A stretch of DNA of 64,000 nucleotides from a virus (taxonomy: Duplodnaviria; Heunggongvirae; Uroviricota; Caudoviricetes), in the IMG/VR virus record IMGVR_UViG_3300041955_000143, positions 37,290 through 101,289 of that record; one strand, given 5' to 3'. A program made the translations under genes and the position numbers. The notes under the pieces were generated by a model, which was given only the letters and a program-made list of their open reading frames with translations, ran no database searches and had not been told where the DNA came from. Shown here piece by piece: positions 29,026 to 37,816 of the stretch (position 1 is the stretch's first letter; each line of letters opens with the position of its first letter).

Positions 29026-29306
29026 GGTTTGGCGTCGAGACGCGTATAACCATCCTCGAACGCCTTAGCCGGTGACCACGATTTGTAGCCGTCCTCGTAG
29101 ATCACGAGGTAGTCGCCTAAGTTCGGGCGGCCGCGCGCAAATACATCAGACCTGATATTGACCTTGCATGGCGCACCGTTGACATCTTCGACTGTCACAG
29201 GGGTGTTGAAGCCCGGGCCAAACTCTAGAATTTTCCCAGCCTTAACGATCTTGTGGCACTTCCAATCTGCTAGTTGGCTCATTGCTTCCCGCCTTTCAGG
29301 TTGCAT
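29022..29306 (-). CDS. hypothetical protein (94 aa)
   Basis: ORF with coupling. Confidence 0.35.
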   Translation of the reverse strand: MQPERREAMSQLADWKCHKIVKAGKILEFGPGFNTPVTVEDVNGAPCKVNIRSDVFARGRPNLGDYLVIYEDGYKSWSPAKAFEDGYTRLDAKP

Positions 29307-29557
29307 GGGATGAGTACTGACCGCGGATCATCGGGACGACCAGCGGTGGTAATTAAAGCGTTGGAACCGCAGATATTACACTCGACGTAATAGAGACCAC
29401 ACCGTTTTGCTGGATAGGGCAAGTTAGTGTGACACGTATCAACGCCGAGCGCTTTTGCGCCGTCAATATCGACGCCATTCGGATAATCCGGATTTGGCGG
29501 ACACTGCGGTTCGCGGCCACGATCAATCCATTCAACTTTGAAACTGCCCCCTGACAC
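29279..29557 (-). CDS. Cys-rich small protein (92 aa)
   Basis: Multiple Cys incl. CxxC (ECNICGS). Confidence 0.35.
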   Translation of the reverse strand: MSGGSFKVEWIDRGREPQCPPNPDYPNGVDIDGAKALGVDTCHTNLPYPAKRCGLYYVECNICGSNALITTAGRPDDPRSVLIPCNLKGGKQ

Positions 29558-29558
29558 G

Positions 29559-29759
29559 TTACGATTCCTTCGCGAGTGCTTCGAGTTCCGCGCGCAGCCT
29601 CTTGATGTCCTCGCGGACGGTTTTGAGGTCGCGCCAACTATGGGAAGGTAATCCGCCCCAGACCTCGTCGCACAGGCCGTCGAGGAGCCGAACGGTGACG
29701 AGACTGAGGTTCAGGAGATCGACGGCCGGTTTGGCTTTAGCTTTTGTGCGCTTTTTCAT
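29559..29759 (-). CDS. hypothetical protein (66 aa)
   Basis: Small ORF. Confidence 0.3.
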   Translation of the reverse strand: MKKRTKAKAKPAVDLLNLSLVTVRLLDGLCDEVWGGLPSHSWRDLKTVREDIKRLRAELEALAKES

Positions 29760-29941
29760 CCGATTGCCTTCCCGGCGCTATATTTGGCGCGATGTATCGC
29801 ACGATTAGTGATCCTAGCGCGGTCGCGGTTCAAAGCCGCCCAGTGGGCTTTAGCTTCGTCGGCGCGGCGCAAAATCGCCTCTTCATCTACTGTCAAAAAC
29901 TTGCGCCAAAGTCCGCTTTTCCGCTTCGATTTCCAAGTCAT
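29756..29941 (-). CDS. hypothetical protein (61 aa)
   Basis: Small ORF. Confidence 0.3.
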   Translation of the reverse strand: MTWKSKRKSGLWRKFLTVDEEAILRRADEAKAHWAALNRDRARITNRAIHRAKYSAGKAIG

Positions 29942-30205
29942 GCGGACACCCTTTCGCCCTTGTCATAAGCGACCGCCCTTGCCTCTAATGTTTTCACAAT
30001 TTTCCCGCTTTCCTCTTCCGATAATACGATCTCCGCGACATTCCTAACGGCAACCATGGTTTCCTCTGCTCGGTCGTGAAATGCTCGGCGCCTTTCCTCG
30101 GTCGTCCCGCTTTAAGTTTTGGCTCTGGTAGAATCGCAAGTGACGGAGATCCAGCACAAGCGCCCCAGTGGCGAAGTCCGCATCGCCCGCACAAAGGTTC
30201 AAAGA

Positions 30206-30394
30206 TCACTGCGAAAGTTTCATCTCTTGCAGGGCAACAAACCTAGTGAGTTGCCCGTCAGTGATTTGGAACTCGACCCTTATGCCGTCTTTGTTAAGCG
30301 CGGCGATCAGAGTGCAAACATCGAGTAAAAGATGCTTGACCTTGTTAACCTCCTCGATCTTCGTCATCGCGCCCCCTCGCTGATCTTGTGCCAC
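30206..30394 (-). CDS. hypothetical protein (62 aa)
   Basis: Small ORF. Confidence 0.25.
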   Translation of the reverse strand: MAQDQRGGAMTKIEEVNKVKHLLLDVCTLIAALNKDGIRVEFQITDGQLTRFVALQEMKLSQ

Positions 30395-30663
30395 TCGCTG
30401 CCGTGGAGCTCATAGAAGCCGCCAGTACCAAGCCAATAAGTTGTGTCCTGGCGATAAGCATAGGGCGGCGTTAGGACTCGCTCGCGTTCCCGCTCCTGGG
30501 CGTCCCAAAGCCAAGACAAAGCCGCGAGGACGCGATTCTCGGTATTAGTCATAAGGTCTTGAGGCCACCACGACCCTTGCTCGAAAACACTGACGGATCG
30601 AGCGTGCGCCAAAGCCGCTTGGCATTTCCGTAGATGTGCCAAGGCCTGTTCACGCTCGGTCAT
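30364..30663 (-). CDS. hypothetical protein (99 aa)
   Basis: ORF. Confidence 0.35.
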   Translation of the reverse strand: MTEREQALAHLRKCQAALAHARSVSVFEQGSWWPQDLMTNTENRVLAALSWLWDAQERERERVLTPPYAYRQDTTYWLGTGGFYELHGSEWHKISEGAR

Positions 30664-31214
30664 CGCGACGCCACTAGATTTGGCTTCGTATCGTGCCGAG
30701 CCGCAATCACTTCGCGATCATGGACCGGATGGCAATTAGCATCGTGCGCGACGTCTATGTTGAGCGTCACGCTTTGGTCGGCGATGCGCTGCAGCAGAGC
30801 CTTGGCTTGGATCATGTCTCTGGCGTTGACGGTGCAGGCATCGTCGTCGCAAGAGATTGCCAACTGAGGCTGCGGCTGTGACGGGACGCTGATGTACGCT
30901 ACGGTGGTTCCGTTAGTGACGGCGTAAGTGCCGGTGTCTGGATTAGCCAAGATCACCGTGCTGGCGAAGGTGGTGACGCCGACACTGAGCGTCTGACTTG
31001 TTCCAGACGCCACATAATAGGCTGGCGTCGCCGATCTTACTGCCGACAGTATCGAAGTGGTGGCGCCACCGTCGCTCTCTGCTTGTGCAGGCAGCGCGAT
31101 TTCGGGCACCGTTGGCTGCGGAGCAGGCGGCTGATTATCAACCGCCGAGAACTTCGCGTAAGCGCCGCTGGCGGCGAGCACAACCGCGACCGCAATTCCT
31201 AGCATGATCTTCAT
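30660..31214 (-). CDS. secreted protein (184 aa) with N-terminal signal peptide
   Basis: MKIMLGIAVAVVLAASGAYA signal; Thr/Ser-rich beta-type body. Confidence 0.4.
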   Translation of the reverse strand: MKIMLGIAVAVVLAASGAYAKFSAVDNQPPAPQPTVPEIALPAQAESDGGATTSILSAVRSATPAYYVASGTSQTLSVGVTTFASTVILANPDTGTYAVTNGTTVAYISVPSQPQPQLAISCDDDACTVNARDMIQAKALLQRIADQSVTLNIDVAHDANCHPVHDREVIAARHDTKPNLVASR

Positions 31215-31228
31215 GGTTCTTTCCTTTC

Positions 31229-31411
31229 CTAAGTGCGAGCTAGCTTGGCGCGCGAGGTCCGATCCTTCTTGGTGCGAATGCCGCGCGCTACGGAATCAGG
31301 GACAATACGATCCAAGAGGATTTTCATTTCCGCAATCTGGTCAGAGCGAAGGCGCTTAAACGCGCCCTTGCGCCGATCATTCTTACGGCCGGGAAAATTG
31401 CGAGGTTTCAT
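31229..31411 (-). CDS. small basic protein (60 aa)
   Basis: Small ORF, Lys/Arg-rich. Confidence 0.25.
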   Translation of the reverse strand: MKPRNFPGRKNDRRKGAFKRLRSDQIAEMKILLDRIVPDSVARGIRTKKDRTSRAKLART

Positions 31412-31515
31412 TGCCGCACTCCTTCAATTAAGCGAACCCGCGCCCTCCGGGTGCTGGGGGGCGACGACGAATAGGCGCGGGTTCTGGCGCCGTGTGGTCC
31501 CCGGCGCGTTGGGAT

Positions 31516-31992
31516 TCATGTTGCTGTTGCATCTTCAAAGTTGACGATGCGCCGAGCGTTGGTCGGCGGCTGTGCCCTCGGATCGTTGTCGAGCTTCACA
31601 CAGAATTGCGCCGCTCCGTAAGGGTAGATTTCGTCAATAACGCCTGTCTCGCCGCCTTTGAGCGCGATTCGCGTACCGACCGGCAATGGCGGCTGTATCG
31701 CATTGCGCTTGGCCCATTCCTTTTCCGCCTTGCGGATTAGATCACCAACCGTGAAGCTGTAGTTATTCAGGATCTCGGCCATCTCGAAGTCGCAATCCCA
31801 ATAGCAATAGGAATCGAGGGCTTTCGCAATATCATAGCCATCCATGTGCTGCCGACCGTGCTTGGCAATCGCCTTCGCACATTCCTCCGCGTCGTCGCAC
31901 TCTTCCAAACATCCCTGCGCAAAGAGGCTATCCACAATCTTGCGGGCCGCCTCTAAGGCGATCTCAGGAGTGAACTTCGGGCGCGGTTCCAT
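31516..31992 (-). CDS. hypothetical protein (158 aa)
   Basis: ORF. Confidence 0.4.
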   Translation of the reverse strand: MEPRPKFTPEIALEAARKIVDSLFAQGCLEECDDAEECAKAIAKHGRQHMDGYDIAKALDSYCYWDCDFEMAEILNNYSFTVGDLIRKAEKEWAKRNAIQPPLPVGTRIALKGGETGVIDEIYPYGAAQFCVKLDNDPRAQPPTNARRIVNFEDATAT

Positions 31993-31995
31993 GCT

Positions 31996-32193
31996 TCAGA
32001 CCTCGTAATGCCAATCTGGTCCCCAAGTGCTCGGCGGATCGCCGCGCAGGCACTCATTCCGCCGGTTGGCGCGATAGGTCATTGCGGCGCGCGGATTGTG
32101 CTCGCGCTGCTCTTTCTTTTCCACCTTCGGCTTGATGCCGGCGCGAACGCGCGCCATCACATCGTCGTCTAGCTTTCGTTCAAGGCGGCCCAT
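31996..32193 (-). CDS. hypothetical protein (65 aa)
   Basis: Small ORF. Confidence 0.3.
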   Translation of the reverse strand: MGRLERKLDDDVMARVRAGIKPKVEKKEQREHNPRAAMTYRANRRNECLRGDPPSTWGPDWHYEV

Positions 32194-32204
32194 CTAATTG
32201 TCCT

Positions 32205-32504
32205 TTAAGCTGCCTTGACGCCAAGCCGCTCAAGCTCGGTCGCGGCGTCATCTCGCCTAGCCTCGAATACGGCCCACAACGCTTTAGTAAACTCCTCTTC
32301 GAGATCGCCCGACCATCCGATGCTCGACACGGTGCCACCGCCTGTCTGACCGCCTCGCTCAATGCGAAATTGGGTTGAATTTTCTGCATGCTGGATAAGC
32401 ATGATACCGACTACTCTCATGCCAGCCAAAGCATCTAAATTATGCTCGGCCCGCTTTAGCTTTTCGTGCAGACTTGCCGCTTCCTCTAGTTCCGAACGGG
32501 TCAT
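32205..32504 (-). CDS. hypothetical protein (99 aa)
   Basis: ORF. Confidence 0.35.
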   Translation of the reverse strand: MTRSELEEAASLHEKLKRAEHNLDALAGMRVVGIMLIQHAENSTQFRIERGGQTGGGTVSSIGWSGDLEEEFTKALWAVFEARRDDAATELERLGVKAA

Positions 32505-32531
32505 TTCCGTTTCTCCGCTTGGCGCCGGAAC

Positions 32532-32831
32532 TTATTTCGGCGGCCACACCGGCATTGTCGCCATCAAAGCTGTAAATTGCCTCGCGATAGGCTCCTGCGC
32601 CTCGCGGTAGACTTGTCGAATGAGGCTTGATAGTTCGGCTTGGAATCGGGCCGCTTCGTATTTGTCATCTGGTGCCCAGTTTTTCCAAAACTGTTCCATT
32701 TGCAATTCAAAAATGCGCGAATCGCGCGCCTGTTGATCGCGCTCCTGAAGAGTTGCGAGTTTTTCCATTACGCTTTCCCCTTTGTGAGCCACCGATACCA
32801 AGTTGTTCTTGAAATTCCTTCGGCTTCCCAA
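32532..32831 (-). CDS. hypothetical protein (99 aa)
   Basis: ORF. Confidence 0.35.
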   Translation of the reverse strand: MGSRRNFKNNLVSVAHKGESVMEKLATLQERDQQARDSRIFELQMEQFWKNWAPDDKYEAARFQAELSSLIRQVYREAQEPIARQFTALMATMPVWPPK

Positions 32832-33178
32832 GGCCGAGTGGCTGTCAACGTCTTGGCCTCGTTCTTCTTCAGCGGTCGACCAGCTTTGCGTTTAGGCTCG
32901 CGCGGGTTGGTCGCTACCCCAACCTCACCTCCTGGCCGGGACTGGTTCAAACGCCTAGCGGCTCTTCCCTGTCCTGACGGGTCATGCGCCTTTGTCTCAG
33001 CGTTACTATCCGCCTTCGGCTTGGTGTCATCGAAACTCGGTCTGCTTCCCCGAGCGCCGCGCGATTGATTCGGGCAAGGCCGCTCCGCCGTCACCTTGAA
33101 CGGGTGCGCCTTGCCGCAGACTTTGCATGGGTGCCATTCCATACGGAACGATTTGGGACGATTTGGGACGAAAGTCAA
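32768..33178 (-). CDS. AlpA-like HTH DNA-binding protein (C-terminal GISRTTWYRWLTKG)
   Basis: C-terminal helix-turn-helix resembling AlpA/excisionase-type; contains a 2x11-bp tandem repeat gatttgggacg at 33149..33170. Confidence 0.35.
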   Translation of the reverse strand: MTFVPNRPKSFRMEWHPCKVCGKAHPFKVTAERPCPNQSRGARGSRPSFDDTKPKADSNAETKAHDPSGQGRAARRLNQSRPGGEVGVATNPREPKRKAGRPLKKNEAKTLTATRPWEAEGISRTTWYRWLTKGKA

Positions 33179-33696
33179 GCGCCGTTTTTCTTTATCCCAT
33201 CGCCTTTTGGTTCTAGCGGTGTTTCCGGCTCTTCCTCAGCGGTTTCATTCGATTCGACGGCCCTATTCGCAACTCCTTGCAAATCACGGTTTGCCTCTAA
33301 CTCCAAGATTGGACCTAGCTTTTCGAGTTCTACCGCTATGTCGCGGCGCAGTTCCTCGAGGGTTAAATCTCTTAGGGAATCGCCGGTATTTCCTTCGACT
33401 TTGATGGCGGCGAGCGTTGGACTTCGATAGGGTGCGATCTTTGCGGCAATGGCCACGGCACGCTGATAATCCTTGTCGACTTCTCTCATTGCCTCGTCGG
33501 GCAAATCCCTGATTTTGCTTCTTATCTGCGCCCTTACGAAGAAGTGGCGCATTGCGGTTTCCATGACGTAGAGGTGGTTTAGAACCTTGTCTGGGACTTG
33601 GGCTATTGCCGATTGAGCGGATAGCAGATGCTCTTCGGCTTCACGAATGATGGTCCGCTTATTTTTGGCTCCTTTTGGTCGGCCGGTCTTTGCCAT
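33175..33696 (-). CDS. hypothetical protein (173 aa), N-terminal AT-hook-like GRPKGAKNKR
   Basis: ORF. Confidence 0.4.
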   Translation of the reverse strand: MAKTGRPKGAKNKRTIIREAEEHLLSAQSAIAQVPDKVLNHLYVMETAMRHFFVRAQIRSKIRDLPDEAMREVDKDYQRAVAIAAKIAPYRSPTLAAIKVEGNTGDSLRDLTLEELRRDIAVELEKLGPILELEANRDLQGVANRAVESNETAEEEPETPLEPKGDGIKKNGA

Positions 33697-33865
33697 TTCC
33701 GTAGCATAAGGGCATTTTATTTGCGGGCAAGATAGTCAGTTTCGGGGAATATGTTCCGAGTTTATGGGATTTCGGCGTTCTTTTCCGTCCAAAGCGGCGC
33801 TAAATTTGCTTCCACAATTTTCGGCATGGCACTATTTCCCGCGGCTTTGCAGGCGGTGCATTTTT

Positions 33866-34639
33866 TCATGGCTTACATTCCATAAAGGCTCCAATAAATT
33901 CAGCGGCTAACGGCGCGACAATCGCGTTGCCGTAGGCGCGCAGGCGTCCCACTCGGCCGGGTATCCCTGTAGCCAGCGGGAATGTGCCGGATTCAACTGG
34001 CCGCGCTTTTCCGTCTGTGCAGGGGAGCCAGTCGCAATCTGCCCAACCTGCTGCGACAACGGGATGCCCGTGTCCGTTGGCCGTGGAGGTCGAACCCCGC
34101 GCGAATGATCCTGTGCTGTCGGGCTCACCCATCCCGCAATCGCGGTGGGCCACGAACCACAATCGTTGCCTGATGTGCGGCGCGCCGACGCCGCAAGCTG
34201 GCAGTACGGCCGATGCGCAGGCGTAGCCTTGTCCTTCCAAGTCAGCGAAAACAAGGTCGAGCCAACCCCATCCAATCGCCGCTTCAACTTGCTCACCAAA
34301 GATTGTTCTAGGGCGGCACTCGCGGATGAGAGATGCCCACGAAGGCCACAGGTGGCGTTCGTCATTGGCCGCCTTGCCCGCTCCTGCGGCGCTGAAAGGC
34401 TGGCAGGGACAAGAGCCTGTCCAAACAAATCTTTCGCCCCAATTGGCGAGATTGAGGGCATAGTCCCAGCCTCCGATTCCTGCGAAGAAATGTGCTCGTT
34501 CGACGTCTGGAATGTCGTCAGGGCTGAGGTCTTCGATTGGTCGGTCATCAATTTTTCCCGGCGTTATGTGTCCAGCGTCCATAAGGTTACTGAGCCAATC
34601 GCAGCAATAGCGATCAATCTCATTGTAAAATGCTTTCAT
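33866..34639 (-). CDS. DNA (cytosine-5)-methyltransferase (short form, 257 aa)
   Basis: Motif I FAGIGGW and motif IV PCQPFS(AAG) read from translation. Confidence 0.7.
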   Translation of the reverse strand: MKAFYNEIDRYCCDWLSNLMDAGHITPGKIDDRPIEDLSPDDIPDVERAHFFAGIGGWDYALNLANWGERFVWTGSCPCQPFSAAGAGKAANDERHLWPSWASLIRECRPRTIFGEQVEAAIGWGWLDLVFADLEGQGYACASAVLPACGVGAPHIRQRLWFVAHRDCGMGEPDSTGSFARGSTSTANGHGHPVVAAGWADCDWLPCTDGKARPVESGTFPLATGIPGRVGRLRAYGNAIVAPLAAEFIGAFMECKP

Positions 34640-35163
34640 CGGAGACAGATTAAATAGCGGTAGATTTTTTCGACAAGTTCTATGAATTGCGTTTCGGTCA
34701 ATCTGCCTTTGGCATAATTACATGCAGCACAGCACGAAACAACATTTTCGACTGTGTAACCCCCGCCGTTAAGGCGATCAATCCCGCCGCTTCGCAGATT
34801 ACCGCAATAATGGCAGGATGCCTTAACAAGGCCGCGAAATTGCTCACGGGTTAGTCCCCATTGCAGATTTTTCCGTTTAGCATTGGATCGGTAGGTACTT
34901 TCTGCTTCAAGTAGCCATCTCTCGGCAGTGTCATTACGCGACCGCTTTTGCCATGCACCGCGCCGCGCGCAAGTCGCACAGCAAATGACCTTCCCGCGAC
35001 GTAGCGCTGTAAGACGGACAGATCGAAACTCTCCGCATCGGCATAGGCAAACAGCGGTAACATGGACGTTCTTTGCACCACGCCGAATCGTCTGCACGGC
35101 CAAATCGCCGAAAACCTGCCCGACTTCAATCATTGCGGAGCCATTGGGCGGCATAGGTGTCAA
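34636..35163 (-). CDS. HNH endonuclease
   Basis: CHYCGNLRSGGIDRLNGGGYTVENVVSCCAACNYAKG; 4-nt overlap with downstream C5-MTase gene. Confidence 0.6.
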   Translation of the reverse strand: MTPMPPNGSAMIEVGQVFGDLAVQTIRRGAKNVHVTAVCLCRCGEFRSVRLTALRRGKVICCATCARRGAWQKRSRNDTAERWLLEAESTYRSNAKRKNLQWGLTREQFRGLVKASCHYCGNLRSGGIDRLNGGGYTVENVVSCCAACNYAKGRLTETQFIELVEKIYRYLICLR

Positions 35164-35222
35164 TCTCGTTGTAATAGGCAGGCACGGCGTTTGCGCCTTT
35201 TTGCTGGTTTTAAGCGTCTAAC

Positions 35223-35459
35223 TTAACCCTCCCACCCTTTTAGGAAACACCTAATTGCGGCGTGTGGAACACCATCTGCTCCGATCGTAAGGTAAGGCCA
35301 AACCACTGCAGTATGATACAAATTTGGCTCATCGACCACAGCATCGTCTGGAACTTCGACCCATTCGCTTGTGACGCGGGTGGCCTTGATCAAGACATCG
35401 ACGAGGTGCACGCGATAATGGCCGTTTTTGGTGTCCCAATCCACGTCCTTGAGAGCCAA
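35223..35459 (-). CDS. hypothetical protein (78 aa)
   Basis: Small ORF. Confidence 0.3.
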   Translation of the reverse strand: MALKDVDWDTKNGHYRVHLVDVLIKATRVTSEWVEVPDDAVVDEPNLYHTAVVWPYLTIGADGVPHAAIRCFLKGWEG

Positions 35460-36017
35460 ACCGTCGCTGCCCGAGCAGCAAAGCCCTTTGTGCCGGTTGG
35501 CCAGGGGCTATTCTGGCTTTCTGGCGAGGCGTCTGACGTCGACCAACTCCCCATCGTCCAGCCTGAGCCCTTCGATCATAACTACCGGAAGAATGGTGGC
35601 CTTAACCGTGGGCATCGCCTCGATCGGTTTGGCACGGCGCTCATAGTCGCGGATCCGAACGACATCGCCCATTTTTGGCCTCTACGCGAATCGCGGTGGC
35701 CATTCTACCGCAAATCATCGGCTTCGACCGCTGCGCCGAGGCCCAAGCTATTGCCATTTTTTTCCGTTCCCGATCATCTCGCCATGCGGAGACATCGCGG
35801 CTTCCAGATAGGGAGCGAAAGAGTCTGCCAGCCGCAATCTAGTCATCATGTCGAAACGCTCTCGCGGCAACTTATCGACCAACCATGCCGCCAATCCGCT
35901 CGGCGTGACAGGTACTTTATTGTTCGGAGCGACCATTGGTTTTGTCCTCAATCTGCTCGGCTTTGCGCAGCTCGCCCTGCCATGTTACTCTGGAAACGCT
36001 GGTATTGGAATTTCAGA

Positions 36018-36241
36018 CTATGAGCGAATTTGTCGGTGGTGACGTTAACGCAGTCCTGCGGTTGGTAAAATCACTTTCGGATGACGGCGACACTCAGCTT
36101 TCGATTCTGACAGTGGCGCTTGTAACCGCGTGTCGGTCATGTGGGGTTGACCGCGAGAGCGCAATGCCGATCATTCTGGAGGCATTTGACGATCAGCGGG
36201 ATTTAGTCCCGCTAGGCAGCGCGGAAGCTATCGGGTCATAA
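36018..36241 (+). CDS. hypothetical protein (~74 aa, MSEFVGGDVNAVLRLVKSL...)
   Basis: ORF open from 35936, with Met28 start at 36018 chosen by eye; ends directly before the IS1595 transposase remnant; locally lower GC. Confidence 0.3.
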
Positions 36242-36242
36242 G

Positions 36243-36356
36243 GAGAAGCTCGGCATCGGCGCGAACGGCGAAAGCCCGACCTACGACGGCCTGTACAGCG
36301 GCAAGTGGCATCATCAAAAGGTCAGTCATGACGACGAGGAACTACATGCTTGAACC
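36243..36356 (+). pseudogene. remnant of IS1595-family transposase C-terminus (…LGIGANGESPTYDGLYSGKWHHQKVSHDDEELHA*)
   Basis: Near-identical at nt and aa level to the last 35 codons of the intact transposase at 37817..38884 (LGIGANGESPTYDGLYSGEWTHPNVSHG...). Confidence 0.5.
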
Positions 36357-36527
36357 AAAAAATGCCGATGCTTTAAGGCCAAAGGCCAATCGTGACTGTT
36401 TGGTTTGTGGTGGCCGAGGCTGGTATATCGGAAAGACCACTGATCCAACGCGGAACAGCGGCGATGAACCAAAGGAGTGTCCTTGCACAAAGTTGGATTG
36501 GCACAAGGACTAGCGATCATGGGAGAA

Positions 36528-36542
36528 AACCGGATAAGCATG
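36528..36542. repeat. solo copy of IS right-end inverted repeat (AACCGGATAAGCATG)
   Basis: Identical to the right terminus of the element at 38885..38899; lies 55 bp upstream of the intact element's left end. Confidence 0.4.
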
Positions 36543-36610
36543 TTTTGTTTAGTGTTTGATCCATTGAACAAATCACATAACCGTCCTTGTCAACTTTCAT
36601 GCTTATCCGC

Positions 36611-36639
36611 TTGACACATGCACCTACTTGTGCTAGTGT
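36611..36639 (+). promoter_or_regulatory. candidate sigma70-type promoter inside the IS left end (TTGACA-17 nt-TAGTGT) followed by RBS AAGGGAG upstream of the passenger operon
   Basis: Hexamers and spacing read from sequence ttgacacatgcacctacttgtgctagtgt. Confidence 0.35.
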
Positions 36640-36658
36640 TTGCGTAACGTAAGGGAGT

Positions 36659-37030
36659 TTGAGCATGATTATCTACCTCGCTGGCGGCATGAAAGACGGA
36701 TGGCAGGATCGAGCCATTAACCTTCTTGAAGGGCATGAAATCCTCGACCCTCGATCTTGGGGCGACCCGAACCCGGCTATCTATACGGAGCGTGACCTTT
36801 CGGCGGTTCGCCGGTCGGATTGGCTCTTGGTTCACATGGCCTCTACAAACCCAAGCGGCTTTGGCCTGTCCGTTGAACTTGGCTACGCTTATGCTCTTGG
36901 GAAAAAGATTGTGTTCTGCGACGAAATTCGCAGCGATTGGCGTTCGCCGTACTTCGGGATGCACCGCGAAATGGCTACCGAAGTTGTCCATACGCTTGAA
37001 GCTGCGGCGGCTGTAATTAAGGGAAATTAA
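36659..37030 (+). CDS. nucleoside 2-deoxyribosyltransferase-like protein (Rcl/DNPH1/NDT fold)
   Basis: MIIYLAGGMKDGWQDRA N-terminus and SVELGYAYALGKKIV (catalytic Glu in E-L-G context) match the NDT-like family pattern; lower GC than phage backbone. Confidence 0.55.
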   Translation: MSMIIYLAGGMKDGWQDRAINLLEGHEILDPRSWGDPNPAIYTERDLSAVRRSDWLLVHMASTNPSGFGLSVELGYAYALGKKIVFCDEIRSDWRSPYFGMHREMATEVVHTLEAAAAVIKGN

Positions 37031-37033
37031 CCA

Positions 37034-37813
37034 ATGTCCGCTTTCAGCCCGTTGTTTGGGAAAGCGCCAGAGTCGGGCCGGGTGTTGGCATGGTTTTCGT
37101 GCGGCGATGCTAGTGCCGTTGCGGCTAAGCTGGCCGTCGAAAAGTATGGTGCTCGTTGTGAAGTGCTGTATTGTGACACCTTCGCTTTTGAACACCCGGA
37201 CAACCGACGTTTTTTCAAAGACGTTGAAAAGTGGCTCGGTTGCGAAATAAAAATCCTTAAATCGCAAGACTATCGAGACATTTATGACGTTTTTGAAAAG
37301 ACCCGTTGGCTTGTTGGAGTTGGTGGAGCGCGATGCACCACGGAACTGAAAAAGAATGTTCGCCGTGCTTACCAGCGCCCGGACGACACTCATATTTTTG
37401 GCTTCACTACTGACGAGAAAAAGCGAGCCAAGCGGTTTCATGAAAACAGCCCCGACTTGTTCGCTGAATTTCCTTTGATTGACGCCAAAATAGCCAAGGC
37501 TGACTGTCATCAGCGGATGCGCGATGCGGGTATTGAACTGCCCGCCATGTACCGGCTTGGCTATAAAAACAACAACTGCATCGGATGCGTGAAGGGCCAA
37601 AGTGGGTATTGGAACAAAATTCGCCGCGACTTCCCTGAAATCTTCAACAAGATGGCTAAGCAGGAACGCAGTTTGAACGCGGCCATCAATAAAAAGTACG
37701 TTAAAGGCAAGCGCCAGCGGGTTTTCCTTGATGAATTGCCACCCACTGCCGGACGTTATGAAAGCGAAGCTGACATTGAGTGCGGCGTTATCTGTGTGAC
37801 AGCAAAGGATTAA
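37034..37813 (+). CDS. PP-loop ATP pyrophosphatase, PAPS-reductase-like family
   Basis: LAWFSCGDASAVAAKL resembles the SGGxDS PP-loop; overall size/pattern like phage PAPS-reductase/DndC/IbrA-type proteins; assignment by eye only. Confidence 0.5.
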   Translation: MSAFSPLFGKAPESGRVLAWFSCGDASAVAAKLAVEKYGARCEVLYCDTFAFEHPDNRRFFKDVEKWLGCEIKILKSQDYRDIYDVFEKTRWLVGVGGARCTTELKKNVRRAYQRPDDTHIFGFTTDEKKRAKRFHENSPDLFAEFPLIDAKIAKADCHQRMRDAGIELPAMYRLGYKNNNCIGCVKGQSGYWNKIRRDFPEIFNKMAKQERSLNAAINKKYVKGKRQRVFLDELPPTAGRYESEADIECGVICVTAKD

Positions 37814-37816
37814 GTC

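Noticed and set aside
35262-36023. 253-aa plus-strand ORF
   Set aside because: Overlaps minus-strand small genes and the IS-scarred junction; no domain features; likely a GC-driven open frame
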